Notes: generated by a model from the sequence alone, not told the origin. Shown: positions 1 through 9,070, numbered from the stretch's first letter. The stretch: 64,000 nucleotides of DNA from Bacteroidaceae bacterium (GCA_045641785.1 JAZUHP010000108.1:2146-66145), one strand, 5' to 3'. Translations and numbers: made by a program.

Positions 1-1
1 C

Positions 2-847
2 AAGGAACGCATCCGCATGATGGTAAGCCAGAAGGTAGAGGGAGATGAGGTAGAGTACGGAATGAATATCCTCCGTGAACTCTATGGCATCGCCATGAAG
101 GACCAGCGTACAGACATCCCACTCAGCGAGCTTCGCGTAGGACTCAAGTGTGGTGGTTCCGACGGATTCTCAGGCATCACAGCCAACCCACTCCTCGGAG
201 TATTCTCAGACTACATCGTAAGTCAGGGCGGAACAACTGTTCTCACAGAGGTACCTGAGATGTTTGGTGCAGAGACAATCCTCATGAACCGTTGTGCCAC
301 AACAGAGCTCTTCAATGAGACCGTCTCACTCGTAAACAACTTCAAGCAGTACTTCCTCTCTCATGGCGAACCAGTAGGAGAAAACCCATCTCCAGGCAAC
401 AAGGCAGGCGGTATCTCCACACTTGAGGAAAAGGCACTTGGCTGTACACAGAAGTGTGGCAAGAGCGCGGTACTCGGAGTGATGGAATATGGTGAGCGCC
501 TTGAGAAGAAAGGTCTCAATCTCCTCTCAGCACCAGGCAACGACCTTGTAGCAAGTACAGCACTCGCATCATGCGGTTGCCACATCGTGCTTTTCACAAC
601 AGGTCGCGGAACACCATTCGGCACATTCGTACCAACAATGAAGATCTCTACAAACTCCACACTTGCAAAGAACAAGCCAACATGGATTGACTTCAACGCA
701 GGAACAATCGTAGAAGGAGAATCAATGAAGGACGTCTTCACTCAGTTTGCCAAGAAGGTTATCGCAGTAGCAAATGGCGAAGCAGCTTGGAACGAGAAGA
801 AGAACTATCAGGAGATTGCAATCTTCAAGAACGGAGTAACACTATAA
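2..847 (+). CDS. uxaA: altronate dehydratase (UxaA family), C-terminal ~280 aa; 5-prime end outside the window
   Basis: The frame is open from base 2 to TAA at 845-847. The translation carries sugar-acid dehydratase C-terminal signatures (LKCGGSDGFSGITANP, TEVPEMFGAE, IVLFTTGRGTPFG). Confidence 0.8.
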   Translation, partial: KERIRMMVSQKVEGDEVEYGMNILRELYGIAMKDQRTDIPLSELRVGLKCGGSDGFSGITANPLLGVFSDYIVSQGGTTVLTEVPEMFGAETILMNRCATTELFNETVSLVNNFKQYFLSHGEPVGENPSPGNKAGGISTLEEKALGCTQKCGKSAVLGVMEYGERLEKKGLNLLSAPGNDLVASTALASCGCHIVLFTTGRGTPFGTFVPTMKISTNSTLAKNKPTWIDFNAGTIVEGESMKDVFTQFAKKVIAVANGEAAWNEKKNYQEIAIFKNGVTL

Positions 848-849
848 CA

Positions 850-2109
850 ATGAAGAGTCTCTCACCTCTATTTATATTTCTTGTGCTATATCTCGCTACG
901 AGTATCATAGCACAAGATTTTTATAAGGTACCTATCACAGTTGCCTTCCTCGTGTCGTCCATCTATGCCATTGCAACAGTCAAGGGCAACATGAGCGAGC
1001 GAATAGACATATTCGCCAAGGGAGCAGGAAACAGCAACATGGTACTCATGCTGATGATATTTGTACTCGCAGGAGCCTTTGCATCATCCGCCAAGGCTGT
1101 GGGAGCTGTAGATGCTACAGTAAACACAGCACTTAAGTTCTTACCAGAGTCATTCATACTGCCAGGCATCTTCCTTGCATCCTGTTTCATATCACTAAGC
1201 ATAGGAACATCGTGCGGAACGATAGCAGCCCTCACCCCAGTAGCAGTAGGAATAGCACAGCACGAGGGCATAAGCATACCTCTCATGGTAGGACTCGTAG
1301 TGGGCGGTACATACTTTGGAGACAACCTGTCATTCATCAGCGACACCACCATCATAGCAACCCAGACACAGGGATGCAAGATGAGTGACAAGTTCAAGGT
1401 AAACGTGCGTATCGTGGCACCAGTGGCGCTGCTGATGCTTGCCATCTATTACATCATAGGCATGGACATACATACCACAAGCGCCATATCTGATGTTAAT
1501 CTTCTCAGGGTACTCCCCTACCTTGTTGTAATCATCACAGCAGTATGTGGGGTGAACGTCCTTCTCGTCCTAACCATAGGCATAGTCCTGACAGGCATCA
1601 TAGGAATGAGCGAAGGCACCTTCGACATCTTCGGATGGTTCTCAGCCATGAACAGCGGAATGATGGGAATGGCAGAGCTCATCATCGTCACCATCCTTGC
1701 AGGAGGAATGCTCGCCATCATTCGCCACAACGGAGGGATAGACTACATCATAAGCATACTCACACGCAAGATAAACGGTAAACGAGGAGCAGAGCTATCC
1801 ATAGCCGCACTTGTAAGTCTTGTGAACGTATGTACAGCGAACAACACGGTAGCCATCATAACAGCAGGACCTATAGCCAATGACATAGCCACACGCTTTG
1901 GCATAGACAAGCGTCGTAGTGCCTCAATCCTCGACACCGCATCATGTTTCATGCAGGGCATCCTGCCATACGGGGCACAGGTACTCATTGCAGCAAGTCT
2001 GTCAGGACTTAACCCTCTCAGCATCATGAGTTACCTATACTACCCTCTTGCCATAGGCATTGCACTCGTACTATGTATCTTCTTCCGTTATCCACGAAAG
2101 TATACATAA
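850..2109 (+). CDS. Na+/H+ antiporter NhaC-family membrane transporter
   Basis: Polytopic hydrophobic protein. I chose the ATG at 850 (MKSLSPLFIFLVLY), 3 nt after the uxaA stop, rather than the overlapping upstream ATG at 787. The NhaC-like call is from memory of the sequence pattern. Confidence 0.65.
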   Translation: MKSLSPLFIFLVLYLATSIIAQDFYKVPITVAFLVSSIYAIATVKGNMSERIDIFAKGAGNSNMVLMLMIFVLAGAFASSAKAVGAVDATVNTALKFLPESFILPGIFLASCFISLSIGTSCGTIAALTPVAVGIAQHEGISIPLMVGLVVGGTYFGDNLSFISDTTIIATQTQGCKMSDKFKVNVRIVAPVALLMLAIYYIIGMDIHTTSAISDVNLLRVLPYLVVIITAVCGVNVLLVLTIGIVLTGIIGMSEGTFDIFGWFSAMNSGMMGMAELIIVTILAGGMLAIIRHNGGIDYIISILTRKINGKRGAELSIAALVSLVNVCTANNTVAIITAGPIANDIATRFGIDKRRSASILDTASCFMQGILPYGAQVLIAASLSGLNPLSIMSYLYYPLAIGIALVLCIFFRYPRKYT

Positions 2110-2136
2110 AACAATTAACCTTATAATTTTTCGGAT

Positions 2137-3096
2137 ATGATAGACAAACAGAAAATAGACAAGAACCGTCTTGAGGTGTTCCACAACTACCTTGAAGACG
2201 TTCCATATCTCGTTACTCCAAAGGCACTATACACAAGTGACGACCTGTTTGACACCTTCAGCTGTGACAATCCCGACAGTTTCAACAGCTGCTATGACAC
2301 AAAGGTTTACAACCATATGATCAAAACAGGAAAGCTGACACAGAATCATCTTGAGGAGGCGGCACGCTCCATGCACGACTGTTGCATGAGAGTATGCCTT
2401 CAAAACTTCCTCAAGGACTATGACGAGCACAAGGTCATAGGTATAATGGGAGGCCATGCAATGCTGCGTACAGATGAGGCTTATCTTGAAACAGTCCTTA
2501 TAAGCAAAGACTTGACAGAACGTGGATTCCTCATGATCAGCGGAGGTGGTCCTGGAGCAATGGAAGCAACACATCTTGGGGCATGGCTTGCCGGCAGAAC
2601 AGAACAAGAGGTCATAGATGCCATAGAGATAATAAAAGTTGCGCCATGCTTCAAAGATGAAGGATGGCTCGCTACATCTATAGAGCTCAAGAGACGTTAC
2701 CCACGTATTGGCAACTCCTGTAGCCTTGCCATACCAACATGGTTCTATGGCCATGAGCCACCTACTGCCTTTGCCACACACATAGCCAAGTTCTTTGACA
2801 ATAGTGTACGTGAAGATACTATCCTTACCGAAGCATACGGAGGACTAATCTATATGCCAGGAAGTGCTGGTACGCTTCAGGAGATATTTCAGGAGGCAGT
2901 GCAGAACCACTACCTCACTTTCGGCTATCCAAGTCCTATGATATTCGTGGGCAAGAAATTCTGGTCGGAGACAGTACCCGCAGTTCCTTTCATCAACACT
3001 CTCATTGAGAATGGTGTATACAAAAACATTGTCATCGAACTTCACGACAAGAAGGAGGACATAGTAAATGCAATACTCAAATACGACAAGAAATAG
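2137..3096 (+). CDS. LOG-family (TIGR00730-type) nucleotide-binding protein with an N-terminal extension
   Basis: Contains GGGPGAMEA and PGSAGTLQEIFQ, which match the LOG PGGxGTxxE motif. Complete ORF of 319 aa. Confidence 0.7.
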   Translation: MIDKQKIDKNRLEVFHNYLEDVPYLVTPKALYTSDDLFDTFSCDNPDSFNSCYDTKVYNHMIKTGKLTQNHLEEAARSMHDCCMRVCLQNFLKDYDEHKVIGIMGGHAMLRTDEAYLETVLISKDLTERGFLMISGGGPGAMEATHLGAWLAGRTEQEVIDAIEIIKVAPCFKDEGWLATSIELKRRYPRIGNSCSLAIPTWFYGHEPPTAFATHIAKFFDNSVREDTILTEAYGGLIYMPGSAGTLQEIFQEAVQNHYLTFGYPSPMIFVGKKFWSETVPAVPFINTLIENGVYKNIVIELHDKKEDIVNAILKYDKK

Positions 3097-3103
3097 AAAC
3101 AAA

Positions 3104-3796
3104 ATGAAGAGACTTATATTCTTTCTGATATTTGCATTATCCTTTTTGTGTACCATAAATGCACAAGATGACAAGCGAGTAAAGGTTGAGTTCAAGACAT
3201 CAATGGGTAACATCGTTGTTGAACTATTCAACGAGACACCACTCCACCGTGACAACTTCGTGAAACAAGTGAAGGCTGGAACATACAATGGTGTACTTTG
3301 GCATCGCGTCATAAACAGGTTCATCATACAGACAGGGGATCGACTTAGCAAGAAGGCTAAACATGGACAGATGCTTGGTGAGGGAGATGAGAAACCAACC
3401 GACTGGATCCCTGCAGAGATTCGTGTTCCACAATACTACCATCAACGAGGAATGCTAAATGCTGCCCGTGAAGGAGATGACACAAACCCTGAGCGCAAGA
3501 GTTCATCCACTCAGTTCACCATCGTCACAGGCCGCATCTTCAATGACGCAGAACTTGATATGATGCAGAAACGAATAGACGACTGGACTGGTGGTAAGAC
3601 TAAACTAACATCAGAGATGCGTACCACTTACAAGACTGTAGGAGGAGCGCCTCACCTTGATGGCAGCTACACAGTCTTCGGTCGTGTTATAAGCGGCATG
3701 GACATTGTAGATAAGATCCAGATTGTGGAGACAGACAAGAACGACCGTCCTATCAAGGATATCAAAATAAAAAAGGCAAAGCTGCTAAAGAAATAA
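3104..3796 (+). CDS. secreted cyclophilin-type peptidyl-prolyl cis-trans isomerase
   Basis: Signal peptide MKRLIFFLIFALSFLCTINAQ. Cyclophilin motifs are HRVINRFIIQTGD and FTIVTG...HLDGSYTVFGRV. Start set at ATG 3104, after the LOG stop. Confidence 0.85.
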   Translation: MKRLIFFLIFALSFLCTINAQDDKRVKVEFKTSMGNIVVELFNETPLHRDNFVKQVKAGTYNGVLWHRVINRFIIQTGDRLSKKAKHGQMLGEGDEKPTDWIPAEIRVPQYYHQRGMLNAAREGDDTNPERKSSSTQFTIVTGRIFNDAELDMMQKRIDDWTGGKTKLTSEMRTTYKTVGGAPHLDGSYTVFGRVISGMDIVDKIQIVETDKNDRPIKDIKIKKAKLLKK

Positions 3797-3846
3797 GTTC
3801 GACTATACTGTAGGATGTCCTGTTAATCGTAAATAAATTGAAAATA

Positions 3847-4128
3847 GTTCTTCTTCAATTTTGTTGAAAAAAAAGAGCGAAAATGAGGCTTCTTCAATTT
3901 TGAAAACTATTTGTCGCGCATGGCGCGGACGAAGAAAAAAAACTTATAAAAAAACAGATAAAAACCATTTTACTTTAACTGAAAGCAAATTATGCAGAAA
4001 ATTATTCAGAAAATTTGCTGACTAATTTGCTTCCAGTCACATCTATGAGTTAAAAGGGGGGAGAAACAATTTTCAATATTTTCCTTAATTTTCGTTCTTA
4101 TCTACTTTCAACCAAATTGAAGAAGAAC
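3847..4128. repeat. perfect 14-nt inverted repeat (gttcttcttcaatt / aattgaagaagaac) bracketing ~250 bp of non-coding, hairpin-rich DNA
   Basis: 3847-3860 is the exact reverse complement of 4115-4128. A partial third copy (cttcttcaatt) lies at 3889-3899. Confidence 0.8.
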
Positions 4129-4173
4129 CACAAAAAAAATGAAATTGCTTTTCTCCACACATACTGTATATGC

Positions 4174-4263
4174 ATTGCACGAGGATTACTCGAGGATTAC
4201 TCGAGGAGCGCACACGATTTTACGTGCGCTGCTCGAGTGCTGCTCGAGTACTCCTCGTGCAAT
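4174..4263. repeat. ~90-nt imperfect hairpin built from CTCGAG-containing words
   Basis: The left arm (attgcacgaggattactcgaggattactcgaggagcgcacacg) pairs with the right arm (cgtgcgctgctcgagtgctgctcgagtactcctcgtgcaat). CTCGAG occurs at 4189, 4200, 4232 and 4243. Confidence 0.8.
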
Positions 4264-4309
4264 CATTATTAGGGTACCCTGTTTGTTGTGCAAATTACAG
4301 ACCGCTTAA

Positions 4310-4353
4310 CAATCATTTGTCTTTTTACTCCTTCTCTTTTCATTTAACTAACC
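4310..4353 (+). repeat. dispersed repeat family A copy (caatcatttgtctttttactcc...ttaact)
   Basis: 4310-4325 is an exact 16-nt reverse complement of 55152-55167. It is a near-identical direct match to 28188-28209 (2 mismatches in 22 nt). Confidence 0.75.
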
Positions 4354-4438
4354 CGAGTTCGACGAAAATTATCGCGCAAAGCGCGATAAAATTCATCGAG
4401 TTCACTTAACTCCTTTTTACTTCCGTCAAGTGAAATAA

Positions 4439-5200
4439 CTATACTGCAAAAACTATCTTGCTTCGACACGCAATCTCATTTGTTCCAGCCTTGCGAATCT
4501 CTACATGAAACTCTCCTGGTTCCTTTTCTTCCTTATACATGCAGAGTTCTTCACCAAACAAACATTCTTCCATATAAGCTATCTCAAACCTATAAATCTG
4601 ATGCTGCATATAGTAGTTCATAGGAAAAAGGTCGAGGATATGCTCTATGTATCGACAACTGTTCATGTGTCCGTTGATGTCTATGTCACTATACTTCACT
4701 CTCACATGGTCACAAGGTTCACTTACACTTACCTTGATCTTTGAAGGAGGCGCTATAGGACATTCTTTATCTGTAACAATCCACTCTGGCAAACGACCGT
4801 CATTAATGCTTAGAAGGTCTACTGGCTTGCGTGACTGACGATTTATCATGGCCCAGATGGTACGGGCATAACCGATAGGATTACCCATTTGGTCCTTAAT
4901 GGCAAAGTTACGTGCCGTGAACATTCGCATAACAGCTTCAACCCATGTTTCAACGGTGAAATGCTGATACTCGCGAGGTAACTCCGTAAACTCTATGGCA
5001 ACCCTTGACAATACCCACGTATTGTCATCTTCGTTCAAGCGTGATATTCCAAATCCACGCTCGTTTGCATGAAACCCTGCAGCATTCAACAAATGGTTGC
5101 CTAACTGCCCTATTGTAAGACGACCTGAAAAATCCACGTCAAAAGGATCTACAGTAAGATGATACTTACCTATAGAAGGAACATCTGGTTTTTGATACAT
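4439..5200 (-). CDS. acyl-[acyl-carrier-protein] thioesterase
   Basis: 253-aa double hot-dog pattern typical of the acyl-ACP thioesterase family (LTVDPFDVDFSGRL...WVLSRVAIEF...DINGHMNSCRYIEHILD). Confidence 0.8.
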   Translation of the reverse strand: MYQKPDVPSIGKYHLTVDPFDVDFSGRLTIGQLGNHLLNAAGFHANERGFGISRLNEDDNTWVLSRVAIEFTELPREYQHFTVETWVEAVMRMFTARNFAIKDQMGNPIGYARTIWAMINRQSRKPVDLLSINDGRLPEWIVTDKECPIAPPSKIKVSVSEPCDHVRVKYSDIDINGHMNSCRYIEHILDLFPMNYYMQHQIYRFEIAYMEECLFGEELCMYKEEKEPGEFHVEIRKAGTNEIACRSKIVFAV

Positions 5201-5233
5201 ATTATACTTTCTTTGTTACATATTTTTCATTTG

Positions 5234-5241
5234 CAAAGTTA
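5234..5241 (-). promoter_or_regulatory. Bacteroidetes -7 promoter box (TAacTTTG) for the thioesterase gene
   Basis: Exact match to the TAnnTTTG consensus on the minus strand, 34 nt upstream of the ATG at 5200. Confidence 0.5.
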
Positions 5242-5380
5242 GAGGATTTTTTCTTTCATTGTATCATTTTATTATTGTTTCGTATCAATATATAGGAGTT
5301 TTACCCTGTAAAAAGGACTATTTTTGGGCAAATAGTTCAAAAACATGCTGTACAACATACTTTTAAGACTTTTTTACAAT

Positions 5381-5497
5381 TATTTTTGCCTTACCTTTGC
5401 AGCAGTTATCCTGAAAACAATCTTTTTACCTTAAAAAACTAATACCTATTGAAAGAATTGAAAGTGCTTCTCTGTGAAGAGAGGCACTTCCGCTTTT
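5381..5497 (+). ncRNA. candidate small RNA: two adjacent -7 boxes followed by an 11-bp hairpin
   Basis: The -7 boxes are TAttTTTG at 5381-5388 and TAccTTTG at 5392-5399. The hairpin spans 5463-5488 (agtgcttctct GTGA agagaggcact) and is followed by tccgctttt. There is no ORF. The separate fbp promoter lies further downstream. Confidence 0.3.
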
Positions 5498-5621
5498 AAA
5501 TACCTTATAGCAAAAACACTTTATGCACACAATCATACCATTCTATGCTGCAGTAATACCAAAAATGTACATATATATGCAAAAATATTCTAATTCAAGA
5601 ACAACTTGTTCAATTTATTTG

Positions 5622-5629
5622 TATTTTTG
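5622..5629 (+). promoter_or_regulatory. -7 promoter box (TAttTTTG) for fbp
   Basis: Exact TAnnTTTG, 63 nt upstream of the fbp ATG. Confidence 0.5.
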
Positions 5630-5691
5630 CAAATAGATACTACTACCTATTTATGGCAGAGTTTTCACAACAAAATGATTAATCGAACGAC

Positions 5692-7695
5692 ATGGACAAA
5701 ACACAATCCAACATAATAGAAGATAGTATTAAGGAAGACTTGAGGTACCTCCAGTTACTTTCTCTTTCCTACCCTAACGTAGCAAAGGCAAGTACAGAGA
5801 TAATCAACCTTGAGGCGATACTTAACCTACCAAAACCTACGGAGCACTTCATAAGCGATCCACATGGAGAATATGAAGCGTTTAACCATGTGCTTCGTAA
5901 TGCTTCAGGATACGTAAAGAGAAAGGTTGAAGGGATTTTCGGAAACACTATTCGCTCTGCCGAGAAAAAGGATCTTTGTACCCTGATCTATTATCCGGAG
6001 CAGAAGCTTAAACTTATCAAGTCGAAGGAGACTAACCTGAATGACTTCTACACCATCACTCTCAATCAACTTATCCGTGTGTGCAGAGAGGTTAGTTCAA
6101 AATACACCCGTTCAAAGATTCGCAAGGAACTACCAAAAGAGTTCGGATATGTGATAGAAGAGCTGCTCCACGAATCACCTCTTGTTTCGGACAAGAAGTA
6201 TCAGTACTACAATGTCATCGTGGAGAGTATAATAGATACACAACGTGCTGATCAGTTCATTATAGCAATATGTAACCTCATTCAACGCCTTGCTATTGAC
6301 CGTCTTCACATCTTGGGTGACATCTTTGACCGCGGACCAGGCGCTCACCAGATTATGGAGATGCTCTGCAACTACCAGAACTTTGACATCGTCTGGGGTA
6401 ATCACGACATCAACTGGTTTGGTGCCGCTGCTGGTAACAGGGCTTGTATCTGTAATGTGCTTCGCCTGTCACTTAGATACGGCAACATGGCGACTCTTGA
6501 AGATGGATATGGTATAAACCTTCTTCCTCTTGCCACATTTGCAATGGATACATACAAAGATGACCCATGCACACACTTTGGCGTTAAGGATGTGAACGAG
6601 GAATCTGTACAGGACGAGAAAACAAGCCGACTTATTGCACAGATGCACAAGGCTATCACCGTCATACAGTTTAAGGAGGAAGAGAAACTGATAGCTCGTC
6701 ATCCAGAATATGGAATGGAGCACAGACGAATACTTGATACTATAAACAAAGACAAGGGTACTTGTATCATTGACGGCAAGGAATACAAGCTTAACGACAC
6801 ATTTCTACCTACACTCATTGAAGGTAAGCAAAGTGAACTCACAAGGGAAGAGGAACTCCTCATGCAAAAGATTGAACATTCTTTCCTTACAAGCGAGAAG
6901 CTTCGCAAACATGTAGAATGTCTCCTTGCCAATGGATGCATGTATGCCATATCTAACAGCAACCTCATGTTCCATGCTTCTGTCCCTCTTAACGAGGACG
7001 GTTCGCTCAAGGAAGTGGACATCAAGGGAAAGAAATACTCTGGTATAAAACTGATGAAGAAGACGGGAATGCTTGTTCGTCATGCTTTCACTAATGACGG
7101 AACAAAGGAAGACAAGCAGTTCGCCATTGACTACATCTGGTACCTTTGGTGCGGTGAAGACTCACCACTCTTCGACAAGAAGAAGATGGCTACATTCGAG
7201 CGTTACTTCATTGATGACAAGAAGTCACACACAGAAGACAAGGGTTACTATTATTTGTATAATAACGACGAGAAGATCATTGACAGTATACTTGACAGCT
7301 TTGGAGTGGAAGGCAAACATAGACACATCATCAATGGTCACGTGCCTGTACGACTTCTAAAAGGTGAGACACCAACAAAAGCAAATGGTAAACTGCTCGT
7401 CATAGACGGTGGATTCTCAAAAGCCTACCAACCAAAGACTGGTATTGCCGGCTATACTCTCACATTCCATTCTCGTGGTCTTGAACTTGTACAGCATCAG
7501 CCGTTCCAATCTACAGAACGTGCCATCCAGACTGGCGAGGACATCAAGAGCAGTACAGAGATTGTCGAGATGAGTTCTCAGCGAATGCTCGTAAAGGATA
7601 CAGACAAGGGTAAGGAACTTATAGCGAAAGTTAATGATCTCAAAAAACTTCTCTTTGCTTACAGAAACGGATTCATAAAGGAAATCAATAATTAA
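5692..7695 (+). CDS. fbp: fructose-1,6-bisphosphatase class III
   Basis: 667 aa with metallophosphoesterase motifs (DPHGEYEAF, GDIFDRGP, GNHD) and the length typical of class III FBPase. Confidence 0.9.
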   Translation: MDKTQSNIIEDSIKEDLRYLQLLSLSYPNVAKASTEIINLEAILNLPKPTEHFISDPHGEYEAFNHVLRNASGYVKRKVEGIFGNTIRSAEKKDLCTLIYYPEQKLKLIKSKETNLNDFYTITLNQLIRVCREVSSKYTRSKIRKELPKEFGYVIEELLHESPLVSDKKYQYYNVIVESIIDTQRADQFIIAICNLIQRLAIDRLHILGDIFDRGPGAHQIMEMLCNYQNFDIVWGNHDINWFGAAAGNRACICNVLRLSLRYGNMATLEDGYGINLLPLATFAMDTYKDDPCTHFGVKDVNEESVQDEKTSRLIAQMHKAITVIQFKEEEKLIARHPEYGMEHRRILDTINKDKGTCIIDGKEYKLNDTFLPTLIEGKQSELTREEELLMQKIEHSFLTSEKLRKHVECLLANGCMYAISNSNLMFHASVPLNEDGSLKEVDIKGKKYSGIKLMKKTGMLVRHAFTNDGTKEDKQFAIDYIWYLWCGEDSPLFDKKKMATFERYFIDDKKSHTEDKGYYYLYNNDEKIIDSILDSFGVEGKHRHIINGHVPVRLLKGETPTKANGKLLVIDGGFSKAYQPKTGIAGYTLTFHSRGLELVQHQPFQSTERAIQTGEDIKSSTEIVEMSSQRMLVKDTDKGKELIAKVNDLKKLLFAYRNGFIKEINN

Positions 7696-7812
7696 AGCAT
7701 ATTCTTTTTTTGAATTCACCTTACTGGTTTTCTGCAACAGCACAATGCACGAAAATAGCTTTCAACGAGAATGGAAAAAAAGAACTACAAACAACTTAAA
7801 AACTTACATATT

Positions 7813-8595
7813 ATGAGAAAACTTTACTTTATTGCAGCTCTCGCTCTTGCAAGCGTAACTGCTAACGCACAGAAGACTTTGTCACTCAGCACTTACACTG
7901 GTACTGATATTGCTCAGTATGATAATCAGGTAATGAATGTATCTGTTTCACGATACATCTTCAATGGTTGGAACACACTCTCTCTTCCTTTCGACATGTC
8001 TGCAGAACAGGTGGAGGAAGTATTCGGTACTGACTGCCGCCTTGAGCGTCTTGTTGGTGTTGAGAATGACGGTACAGATATCAAGATGAACTTCATGGAT
8101 TGCAAGAAGGAAGGTATCAAGGCTAATGTTCCTTATATTCTCAACTATCAGGGCGAGACTTCTACCAAGACTTTCCGTGTAGAGAACGCTCGTATCGTCA
8201 ATGGCACTCCTTCTGTCAGCTTCACAGTTGCAAACACAGGTGAGAAGGTTACATTCTCTGGTGCAAAGTCTAAGTTGGAGTCTAAGGGACTTTATGGTAT
8301 CCTTGCAAAGGATAACTCGGAGGCTTCTTTCGTTAATGTAGACGACATCTCAACAGGATTCTATGCTACTCGTTGCTTTATCCAGGTATCAAGTGGCAAT
8401 TCTACTATGCTTAACAGCAAGCACATCGAGGCTAATGAGGCTACTGCTATCAGCTCTGTTGTTAAGAAGGGCGAGAAGGTTGACGTTTATAACCTTTCTG
8501 GTGTAAAGGTTGCTGCTAACGCTTCTATCAATGAGGTCAACAACCTAAGCAGCGGCATTTATGTTGTAAAGGGAAAGAAGGTTATTGTTAAGTAG
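7813..8595 (+). CDS. secreted protein with a T9SS C-terminal sorting domain
   Basis: Signal peptide MRKLYFIAALALASVTANAQ. The C-terminus (VDVYNLSGVKV...SGIYVVKGKKVIVK) is typical of type-A Por sorting domains. Start set at ATG 7813. Confidence 0.6.
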   Translation: MRKLYFIAALALASVTANAQKTLSLSTYTGTDIAQYDNQVMNVSVSRYIFNGWNTLSLPFDMSAEQVEEVFGTDCRLERLVGVENDGTDIKMNFMDCKKEGIKANVPYILNYQGETSTKTFRVENARIVNGTPSVSFTVANTGEKVTFSGAKSKLESKGLYGILAKDNSEASFVNVDDISTGFYATRCFIQVSSGNSTMLNSKHIEANEATAISSVVKKGEKVDVYNLSGVKVAANASINEVNNLSSGIYVVKGKKVIVK

Positions 8596-8705
8596 GCGGT
8601 TGTACGGTTATACGGTTAGTTGTACGGTTTTGAGGTTTTACGGTTATAAGGTTATACGGTTTTACGGTAGGACGGTAGGACGGTAGGACGGTTATACGGT
8701 AGGAC
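8596..8705 (+). repeat. degenerate ACGGT-word array (family C, plus orientation)
   Basis: The sequence runs ggcggttgtacggttatacggttagttgtacggttttgaggttttacggttataaggttatacggttttacggtaggacggtaggacggtaggacggttatacggtaggac. It includes 3 perfect acggtagg units. Confidence 0.9.
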
Positions 8706-8837
8706 TTTAAGCGGACAATCATTCGATTCTCAAACATTACAACATTCCCCCTTGTCCGGATGGTCTCCCCTCCCAATAGAGGGGGAGGGGACGGGGGAGA
8801 GGGTCTGTAGGTTAAGAGGGTCTATATAATCTTGAAG

Positions 8838-8880
8838 GGATAAAAATAATCAAATTGATTATTTTTATCCTCTTTTGTTT
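8838..8880 (+). terminator. rho-independent terminator (perfect 15-bp stem)
   Basis: ggataaaaataatca aat tgattatttttatcc, followed by tcttttgttt. Confidence 0.7.
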
Positions 8881-8917
8881 GCATATTTAAATAAAAATGT
8901 GTTACTTTGCACTCGTT

Positions 8918-8977
8918 ATGAGAAAGAATATTAATACATATTGGCGTTGGCATAGCTTGGGATTCAAAAAATCGTAA
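8918..8977 (+). CDS. trp operon leader peptide MRKNINTYWRWHSLGFKKS
   Basis: 19-codon ORF with two Trp codons (W9, W11), 160 nt upstream of trpB and followed by a terminator hairpin. Confidence 0.75.
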   Translation: MRKNINTYWRWHSLGFKKS

Positions 8978-9027
8978 GTCAAATGGTTTATGCCCCTATG
9001 CAACACCATATATAGCATAGATATAAG

Positions 9028-9070
9028 AGCCTGTCGTACTTACGATAGGCTTTTTCTTTTTTCTTTTTTC
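9028..9070 (+). terminator. trp attenuator terminator
   Basis: A 10-bp stem (agcctgtcgt / acgataggct, one G-U pair) is followed by a long T-rich run (tttttcttttttcttttttc) just upstream of trpB. Confidence 0.7.

Noticed and set aside
787-849. Upstream in-frame extensions of several ORFs from the six-frame track (787, 3068, 7771, 10279, 16887, 28324, 29406, 39925, 58862).
   Set aside because: Each extension overlaps the preceding gene, a promoter box or a repeat array. In each case an internal ATG gives a canonical N-terminus (a signal peptide or a conserved start), so the shorter models were used.
4348-4365. tRNA-like T-arm sequence (gagttcgacg). A similar sequence occurs at 23326.
   Set aside because: No acceptor, D or anticodon arms can be drawn around them. 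They are part of a recurring repeat motif.
4170-4409. 79-aa ORF on the plus strand.
   Set aside because: It reads straight through the CTCGAG hairpin and the family-A repeat. It has a low-complexity, Cys/Leu/Ser-rich translation and no promoter box.
8588-8776. 62-aa ORF on the minus strand. The similar 60-aa ORF at 23385-23567 was also considered.
   Set aside because: Both are translations of the ACGGT/ACCGT word arrays (repeating RLYG/RFYG/TVxP peptides), so they are artefacts of the repeat.
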